Source: Candidatus Hydrogenedens sp. (GTDB taxonomy: Bacteria > Hydrogenedentota > Hydrogenedentia > Hydrogenedentales > Hydrogenedentaceae). From it: DNA of 504 nucleotides. Position 1 is the first letter of the stretch. Each line of letters opens with the position of its first letter. Of the stretch, positions 1 through 504 are shown piece by piece. Both the position numbers and the translations under genes were made by a program. The stretch covers positions 1-504 of the forward strand of contig JBMFRC010000066.1 in the NCBI GenBank assembly GCA_049968235.1. The letters are read 5' to 3'. The notes beneath the pieces are model-generated. The model had not been told where the DNA came from and searched no databases. It saw only the letters and a list, made by a program, of their open reading frames with translations.

Positions 1-113
1 GATAAAATAGCCACTATAAAAGTAAACTTAAGAATAAAACCTTTCCTTTTTACTAATACTAAAAAAATGTCAAATAAGGAAATCTCTTCTTTAGAATTAT
101 CCTTTTCTTCCAC
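1..113 (-). CDS. 3'-partial CDS for a hypothetical small protein, likely membrane-associated. The proposed start is the GTG at the complement of 111-113, and the ORF continues past the left window edge. Visible translation (GTG read as Met): MEEKDNSKEEISLFDIFLVLVKRKGFILKFTFIVAIL...
   Basis: The frame stays open from just after the gene-1 stop to the window edge, 43 codons in all. In sequence of this composition that has only a few percent chance of happening at random. The GTG sits 6 nt downstream of AGAGGA, which is good Shine-Dalgarno spacing. The other two - strand frames are closed here. The peptide has an acidic N-terminus, then two hydrophobic runs (FDIFLVLV and GFILKFTFIVAIL) separated by KRKG, which suggests a membrane hairpin or N-terminal anchor. 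The start is uncertain: GTG is the only conventional in-frame start with an RBS, and there is no in-frame ATG or TTG. Confidence 0.45.
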   Translation of the reverse strand, partial: MEEKDNSKEEISLFDIFLVLVKRKGFILKFTFIVAIL

Positions 114-119
114 TTTTAA

Positions 120-125
120 TCCTCT
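120..125 (-). promoter_or_regulatory. Shine-Dalgarno-like AGAGGA, 6 nt upstream of the GTG proposed as the gene-2 start
   Basis: - strand sequence: ...GAAAAATAAAAAAAT-AGAGGA-TTAAAA-GTG-GAA-GAA... AGAGGA matches the GAGG core of the anti-SD complement, and the 6-nt spacer is near optimal. It starts 6 nt after the gene-1 stop, which suggests translational coupling. Confidence 0.4.
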
Positions 126-131
126 ATTTTT

Positions 132-504
132 TTATTTTTCTATATAATTTTTTATTACCCAAAAGCTTTCTACCAAACCAAACTTCCAAATATCTTTTTC
201 TTTGTAAAGTTTAAGGATTGTTGGGTTTTCTGATTTTTTGTAACGCACTAAAACTTCTGCATAGTTTTTTTCTACTTTCCCAACTTCCCAGAAAGAATCT
301 TTCAAGATTATATCAGGATTAAAGTAAATGAGAAAACTATCCCAATAATCTTTTGCAAGGCCTTTACCCTGGCTAAAATCTTCAAAGATTTTTTCTATTG
401 TAACATTATTTCCAGCTTTATTTTCTGCTTTTAAAACATCTTCAGCTATAACTTTTTGAGATTTAGAAGTTAGACTTTCCCATACTTTTGAGTAATTTTT
501 TTCT
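132..504 (-). CDS. 5'-partial CDS for a hypothetical small protein. The start codon lies beyond the right window edge. The first full codon starts at + position 503, and the TAA stop is the complement of 132-134. The product is probably an NTF2-like / DUF4878-like (lipo)protein. Visible translation: EKNYSKVWESLTSKSQKVIAEDVLKAENKAGNNVTIEKIFEDFSQGKGLAKDYWDSFLIYFNPDIILKDSFWEVGKVEKNYAEVLVRYKKSENPTILKLYKEKDIWKFGLVESFWVIKNYIEK*
   Basis: I reverse-complemented and translated by hand. One - strand frame stays open for 123 codons to the window edge, while the other two - strand frames hit stops within about 15 codons. The frame contains no ATG, so the N-terminus is outside the window. Codon usage is A-rich (AAA Lys, GAA Glu, AAT Asn), as expected for a real gene in an AT-rich genome. 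The C-terminal pattern 'AEVLVRYKK...ILKLYKEKDIWKF' resembles the 'xVxVxxx...+L+KxDGKWKI' ending of DUF4878 / NTF2-like lipoproteins. That resemblance is from my memory of the family, not from a search. Confidence 0.8.
   Translation of the reverse strand, partial: EKNYSKVWESLTSKSQKVIAEDVLKAENKAGNNVTIEKIFEDFSQGKGLAKDYWDSFLIYFNPDIILKDSFWEVGKVEKNYAEVLVRYKKSENPTILKLYKEKDIWKFGLVESFWVIKNYIEK

Noticed and set aside
68-73. A perfect TTGACA (-35 consensus) on the - strand at the complement of 68-73, inside gene 2
   Set aside because: No -10-like hexamer sits 16-18 nt downstream (AAAAAG is at that position). It is inside a coding frame and is probably a chance match.
111-131. Intrinsic terminator between gene 1 and gene 2
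   Set aside because: The 18-nt spacer (AAAAATAGAGGATTAAAA on the - strand) has no GC-rich stem-loop, and the T-tract on the + strand is not preceded by a hairpin. This reads as an operon junction, not a terminator.
127-133. T7 homopolymer, together with T5 at 135-139 and T6 at 148-153, around the gene junction, considered as a phase-variation switch
   Set aside because: The tracts are short, at 7 or fewer. The stop codon survives a ±1 change in the A-run (TAA AAA versus TAA AAA A). Gene 2 has its own RBS, so tract length would not obviously switch expression. The tracts are kept only as part of the readthrough/sequencing-error finding.
67-147. + strand small ORF ATG(67)...TAA(145-147), 26 aa: MSNKEISSLELSFSSTFNPLFFYFSI. 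It is antisense to the gene-1/gene-2 junction.
   Set aside because: It has no Shine-Dalgarno upstream (tactaatactaaaaaaATG). It lies entirely antisense to better-supported coding sequence, its T/S/F-rich composition simply mirrors the A-rich codons on the opposite strand, and it is very short. It is most likely spurious.
141-148. + strand TATATAAT (a perfect TATAAT at 143-148) that could be a -10 box for an antisense transcript
   Set aside because: There is no acceptable -35 element at 16-18 nt spacing and no TG extension. TATAAT-like hexamers occur by chance at high frequency in DNA with 27% GC. It also falls in the 3' end of the gene-1 CDS.
429-436. Palindromic TTTTAAAA octamer, considered as an operator or restriction-like site
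   Set aside because: AT-only palindromes of this length are expected by chance in sequence with about 73% A+T. No second half-site or flanking dyad symmetry was seen.

Overview
This 504-bp window is AT-rich (about 27% G+C by hand count) and T-rich on the + strand, which fits coding on the - strand. Nearly the whole window is taken up by two co-directional - strand ORFs. The first is a 5'-partial ORF of 123 codons plus a TAA stop, in one continuous frame from the right edge down to + position 132. Its product looks like a small NTF2-like (DUF4878-type) protein with an internally duplicated W-x-[VF]-G-x-V-E ... KNY motif. 18 nt downstream, an AGAGGA Shine-Dalgarno sits 6 nt before a GTG. That GTG opens a second ORF in the same frame that stays open to the left window edge (37 codons visible). 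Its N-terminus is acidic and is followed by two hydrophobic stretches split by KRKG, which suggests a small membrane protein. There is no terminator hairpin between the two ORFs, so they look like one operon. There is no RNA gene, CRISPR array, mobile element or convincing promoter in the window. Trp is encoded by TGG five times and the ORFs are open under the standard code, so the sequence is consistent with translation table 11; this does not rule out table 4 (Mycoplasma-type). Function cannot be settled from 504 bp. The points worth checking are the tight pairing of the two genes, the in-frame TAA embedded in a T-A7-T homopolymer, and the internal duplication in gene 1.
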